NCBI GenBank assembly: GCA_009859145.1 | Contig: VRVR01000032.1 | Span: 28,854 to 92,853, forward strand | Source of the DNA: Andalucia godoyi And28 | Lineage: Eukaryota; Protista; Jakobida | Direction: 5' to 3' | DNA: 64,000 nt | Part shown: positions 11,052 to 22,010 of the stretch, one piece after another | Position numbering within the stretch: the first letter of the stretch is position 1 | Layout of the letters: every line of letters starts with the position of its first letter | The notes under the pieces: generated by a model | Databases searched by the model: none | What the model saw: only the letters and a program-made list of their open reading frames with translations | Told to the model about the DNA's origin: nothing | Position numbers and translations under genes: made by a program

Positions 11052-11723
11052 CTAACAACATCCACTCTTCTTTTGGGATTGCTTGTTCTGCGCGCCGCCC
11101 TGCTGCCCACTCTGTCCGCTCGATCCGAGGCTGACAACGTTTCCTGACTTGACGCCGCCCTGTGCAGCATCTGCGTGTCGCTCGAGAATGCGGCTGACGA
11201 GCGTCTGCATTGCCGTGTCGATATTCGAGTTGTTCTTTGCCGAGGTCTCGAACCATCCGACGAAACCGAGTTCCTGACACAGCGCATCCATTTCGGCAGC
11301 AGGTCTTGAAACAGAAGCCGGAAGATCGCTCTTATTTCCAATCAGGATGCATGGAATCGGTCTTCCATCATTCATCAGGACCTTTTCATCAATGTCCTTC
11401 TTCCAGCGTCGAACCGAGTCCAGTGTCTGGTTCCGGGACATATCATATACAACAACACCGCCAACAGCCTCCTTGTAAAAGACCCGGGTCATGTTCCCAA
11501 AACGCTCCTGGCCCGCAATATCCCAAAGCTGCAGACGCACAACCATGTCATCGTCCCATTGAAGAGCCTTCAGCGAAAAGTCCACTCCAATCGTTGCCTT
11601 GTAATGCGTACTGAACACATCGTGCACATACCGCTTGATGATGGACGACTTGCCCGTCGCCACATCTCCAGTCACAATCACTTTAAACAGCCGCTCGCGA
11701 CGCTTGTTCATCGAAGAAGCCAT
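11052..11723 (-). CDS. RAB32: Rab32/38/29-subfamily GTPase
   Basis: GDVATGKS P-loop, subfamily signature WDIAGQE, NKSD, ETSAK, C-terminal CC. Confidence 0.9.
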   Translation of the reverse strand: MASSMNKRRERLFKVIVTGDVATGKSSIIKRYVHDVFSTHYKATIGVDFSLKALQWDDDMVVRLQLWDIAGQERFGNMTRVFYKEAVGGVVVYDMSRNQTLDSVRRWKKDIDEKVLMNDGRPIPCILIGNKSDLPASVSRPAAEMDALCQELGFVGWFETSAKNNSNIDTAMQTLVSRILERHADAAQGGVKSGNVVSLGSSGQSGQQGGAQNKQSQKKSGCC

Positions 11724-12531
11724 GTTGTTCCTCTTTCTTTGTTATCTTTTTAAAACCTTTTCCTATTATTACTATTACTATTATTATTATTTTTAAATCC
11801 CCCTTCACAACTCTCCCTTTCTTTTCTGGCGTGTTCCGCTTTGAACGTCAGCAATTGATCAACAAGAGCGAGAAGAGATGCTGTTTGAAGAGGAAAATGA
11901 AAAAATAAAAATAAAAAATGGAGTGAAAGTGTGAAATGAGAAAAGGAAAGCCAAATCGAAATATTAAATAAATAAAAAAACCAGAAACCCTCTGCGGAAC
12001 TGTCCTTTCTGTCGAACTCGGCATTCAAACATGCACACACACACACACACACTCTCTCTCTCTCTCTTTCTGTCGGGCTTTTGGTTTTGTTTCTATTAAA
12101 TATATATTTCTTTTTACAGAACGGACAAGCTGTGTCTTGCAGATTCACTTGACATATTTTTTTTTTCCTGATTCCCTCGCCTTGCGATCTGTTTTCAAGT
12201 GATCCTGGTTCCTTCAGCCTTGACAACAGGCAGCACATTGCCGCCTTGCCTCTCTGCTTTCTTGTTTATTGTGTGCAGATCACCGAGCGCTCCCCCTCTT
12301 TTTTAAAATAAATCATTAATAAATGAAAACTGGCAGTATTGTGGTGGCGGTGATGGTATGACATGCCATCCAGCCTTTTTATTAATAAAAAAAAGGATAT
12401 CTTGAAGATTGCACGCAGGTCCTCCGTTCCATTCACGGTTTTCCTTCTCCGCTCGCGTTCTTTGTTTTCATTTGTTATTTATTTTATTGAATTTTTTAAT
12501 TATTTTTTATTGGCATGCAATTGAAAAACAA

Positions 12532-13188
12532 TTAGAGAGCGTCTGCATATCGGTCGCCGAGGAGGTTGATGATGACTTCCTTCATCGGGGCGAGTTCCTT
12601 CTTTTCGATAAGGTCAAACTCAAAAACGAACAAAACAAAGTGTTTGAAGCACGTATTGAGATGTGCCTCCTCGCCGAGCGCCTGGATGCGCTGGAAGTGA
12701 GAGTAGTAGATGTGCGCATAGACACGGAAGAGTCTTTTGAACACGTTACGCACAATCGATACAAAGTCCTTTGGGAACTTTCCTGCCTGCGATGGGAATG
12801 TCTTTTCGTCATTGATCAGATCCTCGATCCATTGCATCAGCAGCTGGACGTACTCGGACGCAGCAACCCGCGTTGGCTTCTTGTACGTCACTCCGTCTGC
12901 CCAAAGATACTCGTACTTTGACCCCGCAGACATTGTAGGACACTCGGTTGAATTGCAGTACTCCGTAATGGATCCATAAAGAAGGTTCGTTGTATTGTAG
13001 AAATCAAGAGTGTTCACTGCAAGCCACTCCTGCTGGTCTTCTCCCGGCGGAAGCACAACCGCTGCACGCAGATCTCCGGACCCAAGCGTGTCCTTTGCAT
13101 GCTTGTGCAGATCATACCGCTTCGTCCCTTTTTCAATCTTCTTTTTGGGGCGGAAAGTCTTGTTCTTGTCAAATAATCGACCAAACAT
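12532..13188 (-). CDS. MOB1: MOB kinase activator 1
   Basis: 218 aa: KTFRPKK, TLGSGDLRAAVVLPPGED, CPTMSAG, FKRLFRVYAHIY, LNTCFKHF. Confidence 0.96.
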   Translation of the reverse strand: MFGRLFDKNKTFRPKKKIEKGTKRYDLHKHAKDTLGSGDLRAAVVLPPGEDQQEWLAVNTLDFYNTTNLLYGSITEYCNSTECPTMSAGSKYEYLWADGVTYKKPTRVAASEYVQLLMQWIEDLINDEKTFPSQAGKFPKDFVSIVRNVFKRLFRVYAHIYYSHFQRIQALGEEAHLNTCFKHFVLFVFEFDLIEKKELAPMKEVIINLLGDRYADAL

Positions 13189-13744
13189 CCCTGTCTCCTT
13201 CTCGTCCTCTTCACAAACACCTAGATACAAAGAAGAAAAAGAAGAGAGAGTGTGTGTGGTGGAAAGGGGGGGAGGAAGGCTAAACAAAAAATAATTATAA
13301 TAAAAACACAGACAATAAATGAATAATCGAGAAGAAAGAGAAAGAAAGAGAAAGAAAGAGAAGATAGAGAAATAGTAGAGCAAAGAGAGATCCTTTTCGG
13401 CTGGGGAAAATGTGACAGGGAAAGACACTCCGTTTCTCCCGAATGAGGGGATGACATCTGAGAGAGAGAGATTGAGATTGAGAGAGAGAGAGAGAGGTTT
13501 GACCCCATCCTATCAGCATCCAAGTAGGGTATTTTATTATTTTACAGTGGCGACACTCCCGTGTCTTGTTGCTCATGATGACGCTTGAGGCCTTGAGGCT
13601 TCTTTTTCCTTCCAGAAATCTCTTTTTTTAATTTAAATTTTAAATCTTTGAAAATCGGCGGTCATTCATTTGTTATTTGCGTGTTCGAGTCTTCGTAGAG
13701 GAGTGAGTGATCGAGTGAGTGAGTGAGTGAGTGAGGGGTGTGAA

Positions 13745-14629
13745 ATGTCGCTTGCTGAGCATTCGCCGCTGTCGAGCATTCTTCCAGCAACATTCAAGAC
13801 GCGCATTTCCGAATGGCTTTCGGACGACATGCCGTCGTTTGATGTCCAGGGCTGCATTGCGGGGCTGTCTGCGGCGTCGTTTGACTTGCTGTGCAAATCA
13901 GACCATGTGGTTGTGGCCGGCTTCCCATTCTTCAGCGCAGTGTTTGAGTTTCTAGGCTGCTCCGTGGCGTACCGCGTGCAGGAAGGCAGTGTGTGTTCAA
14001 AGGGCCAGATCATTGCCTCGGTCCATGGGCCGGCCGCACACATTCTTCGTGGGGAGCGTACGGGACTGGAGCTGATCGTCCGCAGCTCATCGCTTGCTAC
14101 TCGTGCAAAAGCATTCTCGGATTATGTGCTGAACAACCATCCGCAGTTCGCTGGCCGCATTGCTGGAACCAGAAAGACCACACCGGGGCTCAGGCTCGTG
14201 GAGAAGTATGCCCTGTTGGTGGCCGGAGTCGATACACACCGCTTGGACTTGTCGCAGATGGTAATGCTTAAGGATAACCACATCGACGTCGTGGGATCCA
14301 TTCCACGCGCTGTGGAACAGGCAAAACGGCTCGCGGGATTCGCGACAAAGATCGAGGTCGAGTGCAGAAAAGTGGAGGACGCGTTCGAGGCGTTGGAGGC
14401 CGGGGCTGATATCGTCATGTTGGATAACTTTGCGGGAGAACAGGCAAGAGTCGCTGCTTTGCAAATCAAGGATCGATTCCCGAAGGCAATCGTCGAGGTC
14501 TCGGGAGGTATCCGAACCGTCGAGGATCTGGATCGGTACGCGTTCCCCAACATTGATGTCATTTCCATGGGAACCCTGACACAGGCGGTTTACCCAGTCG
14601 ACTTTTCTCTCAAGTTCCACCGTGCATAG
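13745..14629 (+). CDS. QPRT: Quinolinate phosphoribosyltransferase (nicotinate-nucleotide pyrophosphorylase)
   Basis: ERTGL, AGTRKTTPG, HRLDLSQMVMLKDNH, IEVEC, DIVMLDN, VEVSGG, ISMG. Confidence 0.96.
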   Translation: MSLAEHSPLSSILPATFKTRISEWLSDDMPSFDVQGCIAGLSAASFDLLCKSDHVVVAGFPFFSAVFEFLGCSVAYRVQEGSVCSKGQIIASVHGPAAHILRGERTGLELIVRSSSLATRAKAFSDYVLNNHPQFAGRIAGTRKTTPGLRLVEKYALLVAGVDTHRLDLSQMVMLKDNHIDVVGSIPRAVEQAKRLAGFATKIEVECRKVEDAFEALEAGADIVMLDNFAGEQARVAALQIKDRFPKAIVEVSGGIRTVEDLDRYAFPNIDVISMGTLTQAVYPVDFSLKFHRA

Positions 14630-14764
14630 AGGTTGCTTGTCTCTCCTAACCCCCTCCCCTCTCTTCCCAATCGCACAATTATAGGAATGCATAATAATAA
14701 AAATATGAAAAAGAATAAGCATAATAATATAAAAGCGCGGTGAAAAACGACACGGAAAATGCGT

Positions 14765-16222
14765 TCACTTGCTCGTGAAGAAGGAGTGCTGGAGGGCTTC
14801 GAAAGGACGAATGCGAGACTTTGGGTCCACGGCAAGGCATCGATCAATGAGCTGCCAGAGCAGTTGGACTGCGCGTTCTTCTTGCGCGTTTTGTTTGGTT
14901 CGGTCGACCCAGTCCACGTGAAAGCCGAGCTGCTTGGATGCATCCGCAGATGCTGCAGAGGCCGACATGGACACCGACGCTTGGCGTGCATCCAGCATGG
15001 CCCGTTTCAGAAAATCAACAATGTGAACTTGCGGCTGCGATGAGTAAGACAGCTGGCGCATTTCGACTTGGTGGGTCACAGGATCGAGAACATGGTAGAG
15101 GAAAACATCCTTCTCCGCATCAAAGTGCACCTGCCGTTGGCTCGCAGACGCCCGAGTCAGGAACTTTCTGGGAAAAGCACCCCGCGCATCCATCATGAGC
15201 TTCAGCATCTCGTTGTTCGTGGACCCCGGAAACAAGACGAACCCAGTATACATCTCAAACAACGTGCATCCGACTGCCCAAACATCCAGAGGATAGCCCA
15301 CCGGCGTGCACTCCATGATCACTTCAGGGGCTCTGTAGTACCGGGTGCCGTGGTCCACCGATATGCCGGAAGCAGTGTCGGCAAGATACAGCGCTGTTCC
15401 AAAATCCGCGAGCTTGATGCGACGCCGGTCTTCTGAAACGAGCAAATTATCCGGCTTGATGTCCCCGTGAACAATGTTAACACGCTCCAAAAGAGATAGC
15501 GCGTAGAATACCTGTCGTGCATACACTCGAACGGCATCCATGGATATCCCGACTCGCTTTCCTCCCTTGATTCCATAATCGTCGAGAATCTGACGAAGAT
15601 TCAGACTGAGCAGTTCAAACACGATGCACACATGTCCTCGATAATCGAAATGCTCCTGCATGCGGACGCAAAAGTGCCGATCGAGAGGATCCGCCACGGC
15701 CAGCTTGGACAAAACAGAGATCTCCTTTCTTCCCGAGCTGGCTATCACGTCGTTTGCGCGGAGTATCTTGAGGGCCACATCCGGTCTGTCGCCGGGATCC
15801 GGCGAATGACAAGCTGCGGAATAATGTGCAGCGTCTTTCCGACGAAACTCACTCGCTAGCACCACCTGGCCATATGCACCACGCCCGACTTCCTTGAGCA
15901 GCACAAATCGGTCATGGAACACAGACCCAGCCACTACTCTGTAGTAATGCTCGTCATCATCCCATGATCGATCGAGCGGCTCCACGCTGGGCAGTGCGTT
16001 GGATGATGCCAACGAGGTCTTGAGGACTGCATTGCTGAGCGCACGGTGCACCACCGCTGCTTTCCCAATATCCCTTGCTTTCGAGCTCTCGATGTGATCT
16101 AGCGGATGAGCATCAGCAAACATGTCATCATCATCATCATCATCACTGCCTCTCCTACCGTCGGTGCTCGAATGCGCGCTCTCAGCATTCCTAAGCTTTG
16201 GTACTTTCAGCGGTCTGTGCAT
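14765..16222 (-). CDS. PRPF4B: PRP4 kinase (CMGC family); start uncertain
   Basis: GRGAYG, VALK, HGDIKPDN, DFG, RYYRAPE, TNNEMLKLMMDARG. Confidence 0.88.
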   Translation of the reverse strand: MHRPLKVPKLRNAESAHSSTDGRRGSDDDDDDDMFADAHPLDHIESSKARDIGKAAVVHRALSNAVLKTSLASSNALPSVEPLDRSWDDDEHYYRVVAGSVFHDRFVLLKEVGRGAYGQVVLASEFRRKDAAHYSAACHSPDPGDRPDVALKILRANDVIASSGRKEISVLSKLAVADPLDRHFCVRMQEHFDYRGHVCIVFELLSLNLRQILDDYGIKGGKRVGISMDAVRVYARQVFYALSLLERVNIVHGDIKPDNLLVSEDRRRIKLADFGTALYLADTASGISVDHGTRYYRAPEVIMECTPVGYPLDVWAVGCTLFEMYTGFVLFPGSTNNEMLKLMMDARGAFPRKFLTRASASQRQVHFDAEKDVFLYHVLDPVTHQVEMRQLSYSSQPQVHIVDFLKRAMLDARQASVSMSASAASADASKQLGFHVDWVDRTKQNAQEERAVQLLWQLIDRCLAVDPKSRIRPFEALQHSFFTSK

Positions 16223-16728
16223 CTCGCCACCCACCTTTGCGCGCGTATGTGCGTGGATATGAACCACAAATTGCCAAAAAAGGGGGGGGGGGGGGGGGGG
16301 AAAGGAAGCTGGGGTAAAAAAAGAAAGAAAACAAAGGAAATAACGTTTCCGCGCTCACGAAAAATAACGAAGCAGAGAAGAAGAAAATGCAAGTGCACTT
16401 CCATTGGGAACAAAAACCAAAAACCAAAATACACCAAAATACATTCCGAGTCGTTTAATCGTTATTGAGCCCCTCGAATAGCATGAGAACAATCGCCTTC
16501 ACAGCAGACACATTCTGGAATTGAGACGCAATTGACAGACAGAGAGAGAATCTGAACAACAATGGCGGTTGAGAGGATGAAAGAGAGAAAACAAACGAAC
16601 ACACAGACAGACAAACAAAAGACAAAATCAAAATTAAAATTAAAATTAAAAAGAATTAGAAAGAATTAGAAAGAATTAGAAAGATACAGAGTGACACACG
16701 ACAAGATGCAGTGCAGCGGTCCCAGTAA

Positions 16729-18045
16729 TCACACATCCAGAAGCAAGTCTGTTCGGAACGAAGAATCTGCATCGGTGACGTAGCCCATCTGGTTTGAGAG
16801 AACCCTGACGCCGGCAATCGTCCAGTCGACGTTGTGGTGGGTGTGTCCAAAGGCCCAGTACCGCAGTGGACCTGCAGCATCTGGGCCATACGCCGCCATC
16901 AGGTACCGAAGATCGGTGCAAAAGGCAGAGCGCACAGGGGATTTCATGTGCTCGGGCGGCTGCGATAGCTCCGCTGGCAAAGGCGCATGGTGAGTCAATA
17001 TAATGCATTTCCTTTCCTTGCGCTTGCATTCCAAGAGCTGCTCTTCGAGAAACTTGACAGCAGCGAAATGCAGCTGATTCGTCTCCCAGACTCGGACGGG
17101 GCGGAACGGGTCTTCTGGACTTCCGATATATTTGTAGTCGTTCAAACCCATCTGAACAGGGACCTCAGACTCTGGCGGGACATACGTCCAGAGGGTGGAT
17201 CCGATGATTGTCAGAGGCTCCGTTGGATGTTCCCACGCCTCGTTATCAAGAAAGATAAACCGTGGTTCGTCAAGACTTGCGTCATCCATTTCTGCGCCTG
17301 AATCCAATCGAGAGCCATCCATTGTATTTACATGCGAGCCATCCAGTTCAGGGCTGCTGAAGCTCCTCTGGGGGTGATGCGAAACAAGTTGTGACGAAAG
17401 TCCGTAATCTCCACCGAGCTCGTTTGCACACCCATCCGATCGAATGCTCACATTCTGCTCAGAGGACGACACAGTAGCATTCTTGAAAGACTTTTGGCGT
17501 TGCTCGAGAGAGAGCTGAAACTCAGCGCCATTCCTTCCAGCAGCGGCATTGTCTGCATTCTGAACCAGCTGGGTGTGATTCGATTGCTGCGAACCGTGAT
17601 CAATATGATGATGATGATGATGTTGTTGTGGCTGGTGGTCGGTGACGAGTCTCTGAGTCCTGGAGCGAACGAGAGACCTCTGCGTCCGTTTCTGCACAGC
17701 AAACGACTTGTTCAGATCCCGAATCAGCTCTCGTATCCTGAGCTGAGCCGACTTCATGTCCGAGTGATAGTACTCGTGGTTCCCGGCAATCAGAAAAACA
17801 CGCGAATACAAGGACCCAATTGAAAACAAGAAATGATGGAACATTTGCCAGGCAGTAGACATCATCTTGTTTGACTCGCGCGCTCCAGACTGGCTCATTG
17901 CTGGATTCATGAGGTTTGTACCAATGACTCCGATATCCCCAACCAGCATCACCGAATCAGCACCCATTGGATTTATCTGTACCGGGAAGGTCGCATTACG
18001 ACGCCAAAACTCTGTATGCACATCCGAAAAGAGCTGAAACCTCAT
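16729..18045 (-). CDS. Calcineurin-like metallophosphoesterase with a long low-complexity insertion
   Basis: SDVH, GDIG, GNHEYY, GSTLWT, THHAP, GHTH motifs. Confidence 0.9.
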   Translation of the reverse strand: MRFQLFSDVHTEFWRRNATFPVQINPMGADSVMLVGDIGVIGTNLMNPAMSQSGARESNKMMSTAWQMFHHFLFSIGSLYSRVFLIAGNHEYYHSDMKSAQLRIRELIRDLNKSFAVQKRTQRSLVRSRTQRLVTDHQPQQHHHHHHIDHGSQQSNHTQLVQNADNAAAGRNGAEFQLSLEQRQKSFKNATVSSSEQNVSIRSDGCANELGGDYGLSSQLVSHHPQRSFSSPELDGSHVNTMDGSRLDSGAEMDDASLDEPRFIFLDNEAWEHPTEPLTIIGSTLWTYVPPESEVPVQMGLNDYKYIGSPEDPFRPVRVWETNQLHFAAVKFLEEQLLECKRKERKCIILTHHAPLPAELSQPPEHMKSPVRSAFCTDLRYLMAAYGPDAAGPLRYWAFGHTHHNVDWTIAGVRVLSNQMGYVTDADSSFRTDLLLDV

Positions 18046-18132
18046 CAAAAACACGATGGCCACCAGACAAGAAACAACAACAATAAGAATAATAAAAATA
18101 AAAATATATTAACCAACCACAGCAGCCCAAAT

Positions 18133-18135
<3 letters not shown>

Positions 18136-18200
<65 letters not shown>

Positions 18201-18220
18201 GTGTGTGTGTGTGTGTGTGT
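18136..18220. repeat. (TC)n/(GT)n microsatellite
   Basis: Directly visible. Confidence 0.95.
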
Positions 18221-18791
18221 TTGTATGTACTAGACTCCAGGAACCGCCTGGCTTGGTATGGAAATGCAGGATGGAGTGGGAGTGACGGTGGAGGCAGCTG
18301 TGGCGGCCAACTGAACGTAACGTGCGGCGTGATGGAATAGCAAAGACGATTCAAGGGGGTGTGAGAGAAAGACGCGGATGCGAAACGGCTCTTGGGAAGG
18401 AAGAAAGGGAAGAAGGGCTTCGCATAGGAAAAGTGCATATTGCGCTTCTTTCCTTGGAATTGGGTGAGAGCTGTGAGTTGTGTGACAAGTGTCAGTCAGA
18501 CCTCACTCTCCTTCTTCCCTTGTCAATGTACTGCGCTGTACAGGCTCTTCTGTACAGATTGTGTGTGTGCGAAAAACGGGTTCAGGTCTCAAGTCTCGAG
18601 TCTCAACTTCCGAAAAAGAAAAACACGGAGACCAGCATGGGCGGCTGTAGTCGATGATCGTTAACCAGCCACCTCCTCTCTCCTCCCGCGGCTCGCACTT
18701 TCTGCATTTTCCTTTTGCAAAACTCTCGAAAAATAATAATAATAATAATAATAATACAAATAGAAAAAACAGCAAAACACTTTTGTGCAGT

Positions 18792-18794
<3 letters not shown>

Positions 18795-18859
<65 letters not shown>

Positions 18860-18879
18860 TCTCTCTCTCTCTCTCTCTC
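18795..18879. repeat. (CT)n(CA)n(CT)n compound microsatellite just before ATG 18888
   Basis: Directly visible. Confidence 0.95.
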
Positions 18880-18887
18880 GCTCCGAC

Positions 18888-19856
18888 ATGCCTCCGAAGA
18901 AGCGTAATAATCGCAAGAAGGCAAAGCCCAAAGCAGAGACCAGTGCCGCGCACGAATCTGGATCCGAGTCGGATACCAACATTGAGGAATCGACGGATGC
19001 AGCACCCTCGACCTCGACTTCGGTGGCGGAGGCGACACAGCTTCCAGAGACGCTTAATCCTGCGTCTCCGTCAAAAGACGCTCCAGAAGAAGTAAAGGCG
19101 ATTGAGAAGGAAATGGTCGGCGAGGAGTCTTCAAGCAGCGTCTCTGAACCTGCACGGACGACTGCGACTGCTGTTGAGGATGTCAAGCTCGAAGAGAGCC
19201 CTGCGGCTGTGGTTGATCAATCAGAGATGCCTAAAGCTGAAGAGGAGGCTGCGGTAACCACCGCCCCTTCTGTTCCTGTTGCTGCTGCCGGCAGTGCTGC
19301 GACGACAGTGGTTCCGACTGCGGAGCCTGTTGGCGTGGAAAGCGCACAGGCGGATTCGAATCTTGACCAGCAGAATGAAGAGGAGGATGAGACGACCCCG
19401 TTGACATCCAATGCTGAAGCCACAGAAACGATTGCCCCGCCTGTGGAAGGAGAGGCAAAGAAACAGGAGGAACAGACAGAGGCTGCGAAGGAAAAGGAAG
19501 AAGAAGTTATTGCTGATGGTACCGAGGAAAAGGAAGCGCAAGCTGTGCCACCTGCTGCGGTTGCTGCTGGTGCTGCAGCGGCTGTTGCTGTTGGAGCGGG
19601 AGCGGCTGTTGCTACGTCGAGCGCTGGAAAGAGCTCGCCGCCAAAGAAGGAAAAGGAATCGACGCCAAAGAAGGAGAAAGAATCACCGGCTGCGGCGGCC
19701 TCTCCGACAGCGGCTTCTCCACAGGCTGCTGTTTCGCCTGCCCGATCAGATGTTGCAAGCCCAAGCAAGGCACACGAGGGTTCCCCGTTGCTGTCGGGTG
19801 GAAGCAATGCCCAACCTGAAAAGAAAAAGGAACAAGGTTGTTGCACAGTTCTTTAA
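18888..19856 (+). CDS. Low-complexity acidic/Ala-rich protein with C-terminal CaaX (CCTVL)
   Basis: 322 aa, basic N-terminus MPPKKRNNRKK, E/A/S/T-rich body, terminal GCCTVL. Confidence 0.8.
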   Translation: MPPKKRNNRKKAKPKAETSAAHESGSESDTNIEESTDAAPSTSTSVAEATQLPETLNPASPSKDAPEEVKAIEKEMVGEESSSSVSEPARTTATAVEDVKLEESPAAVVDQSEMPKAEEEAAVTTAPSVPVAAAGSAATTVVPTAEPVGVESAQADSNLDQQNEEEDETTPLTSNAEATETIAPPVEGEAKKQEEQTEAAKEKEEEVIADGTEEKEAQAVPPAAVAAGAAAAVAVGAGAAVATSSAGKSSPPKKEKESTPKKEKESPAAAASPTAASPQAAVSPARSDVASPSKAHEGSPLLSGGSNAQPEKKKEQGCCTVL

Positions 19857-20063
19857 ACAATGCCAACAATAACAAACAAAAGAAAGAAAACAAAGGAGGG
19901 GGAAAAAAACACGAAGAAGAAGAAGGGATGGAAACATTCTGCTATAAATTACACTCATGAAGAAAAAAAAAAGACATGTATGTGAATCCGCACACATCAG
20001 CAACCAACCAAATTTAGCATATACCGACGCTCAGGCTCGCTACTCTTTGGAGAAGAATTTGGA

Positions 20064-21446
20064 CTAAGACGCAGAGGAGGTCAAGAAAATCGAAATGCTT
20101 TTCAGATACCGGCCCTCTGGATGAAAGAGACTTGTCGCGTGGTCCTCCGCATGCCGATGATTCTGCACAAGCCTTGCCTGTTTGCGGACTGCCAAGGCTG
20201 CGCTCACGACCGTCCTCTCGAAATCCAGAGGCGACACAAAGTACGAGCAGGAGCAAGAAACAAACAGACAACCAGAATCCGCAGCAAGACGCATGGCAAG
20301 GCGATTGGCCTCTCCGTAGGCTTTCAGTGCTCTGTGAACATCGGAAGGCTTTGATGCAAGTTTCGGAGGATCCAAGATGATGACGTCGTATCGCCCCGTC
20401 TCTCTTCCAAGGAACTTCCACAAGTCATCCTGCACCGCAACGGATCGTGATTCTGCATCAGTGGGCAGAGCTCCCGTTTGCATTCCAAGCTGTACATTGC
20501 GCTTCAGCACGGAGAGCGACAATTCTGAAGCATCCACAGAAACAACGGAAGACGCTCCGCCCTGGAGAGCATACAGCGTAAATCCTCCTGTATAGGCACA
20601 CAAGTTCAACACCCGTTTGCCTCTGGCATGTTCTCGAACGAATCTGCGCATGTTGCGCTGATCCAGGAACATGCCCGTCTTTTGCCCAGCAGTCAGCGGA
20701 ACGATCATTTGGATTCCGGACTCCGTAACAATTGTCTCTGCAGCACCGTCCTCTGGGCCTGAAGCAGTCGACGGGTCCCTCAGCAGCCAGCGACTTCTCG
20801 GCAGAATTCCCTCCTGATCTCGCGATCCTGCAGTGGACTTTTCGTAAATTTGCTTGACACTGCCTTTGAGAAGCGGATGGCTGAGGAGCGACCTCTGCAC
20901 AACGCCAGAGTCAATGAATGCATCCATACCAAGTGATCCAGACTGGACTACGAGATGGTCGCCGTATCGATCGACAACGAGCGAAGACAGATCGTCGGCC
21001 TCGCTGTTGACGATTCTATAGCAGTTTGTACCAAAATCCTCTAATTTCAGCGTGGATCGAAAGTCACACGCCTTTTGGATGTTTTGAAACACAATGTCGT
21101 CCGCGGACGCTTGGCAGGCGCCGTCAAAGGAGAGCATCCTGCCCACAAGCGACTTGCAGGATGCATTGAACATTCCGTGTCCAATACATTGTTTCCTCGC
21201 AGAATCAAAGACCGGGACCACACACCCGTTTGAAGGCACCTCCATTCGGTCTACTGCACCAGAAAAGATCCACGGATGGCGCATGGTTGCAATCGGAAAC
21301 TCTCTCCCTTTTTTCAAAATCACCCCAAAATCCCGCTTGTTACTAGTGCTGCTGGTGCGTGGCGAGATGTCCTTGTCTTGAACGCATGAGGAAGATGACA
21401 GCACATCGGACGCAATGGATCTGGTCAACGGCCTCCGCAGAATCAT
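20064..21446 (-). CDS. rlmI: RlmI-like SAM-dependent rRNA m5C methyltransferase (PUA + class I MTase)
   Basis: HPWIFSGA, YRIVNSEADDLSSLVVDRYG, GQKTGMFLDQR, VLNLCAYTGGF, DVIILDPPK, SCSCS, PEGRYLK. Confidence 0.9.
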   Translation of the reverse strand: MILRRPLTRSIASDVLSSSSCVQDKDISPRTSSTSNKRDFGVILKKGREFPIATMRHPWIFSGAVDRMEVPSNGCVVPVFDSARKQCIGHGMFNASCKSLVGRMLSFDGACQASADDIVFQNIQKACDFRSTLKLEDFGTNCYRIVNSEADDLSSLVVDRYGDHLVVQSGSLGMDAFIDSGVVQRSLLSHPLLKGSVKQIYEKSTAGSRDQEGILPRSRWLLRDPSTASGPEDGAAETIVTESGIQMIVPLTAGQKTGMFLDQRNMRRFVREHARGKRVLNLCAYTGGFTLYALQGGASSVVSVDASELSLSVLKRNVQLGMQTGALPTDAESRSVAVQDDLWKFLGRETGRYDVIILDPPKLASKPSDVHRALKAYGEANRLAMRLAADSGCLFVSCSCSYFVSPLDFERTVVSAALAVRKQARLVQNHRHAEDHATSLFHPEGRYLKSISIFLTSSAS

Positions 21447-21475
21447 AAATTCTCTGGTTTGCCAAATCAACAACA

Positions 21476-21607
<132 letters not shown>

Positions 21608-22010
21608 GACTCACTCACTCACTCGAAAAGACGAGCAGGAAAAAATGGAGGAGGAGCGTTTAATCAACAGCGAAGTAAATAAATAAATCCGTTTTGCTTT
21701 CGTCGGACTCGGAAGGGGTGCAAAACGCTGGTACGCACGAGCAGAAAACGAAAATATATGTATAATTTAAAAAAATAATTAACAAAGAAAACGCGCTTGT
21801 CAAGGCCTCTGTTTTTTATTGTACAAAAGCTCGTTTCTCCATTTTCATCGCTCCTCGCCAGCAGAACAAACAGGTCTTCGTTGAAGGGGTTTGTATAGTC
21901 GCGGTTTCATTGTCCCAGCGTCCCTTTTGATATCAAAAAGCAGAGGGAGATAAGACAGAAGACAATCCAAACAGACCATACAGCGTTTATTGTTTATTTA
22001 TTTATTTTGA

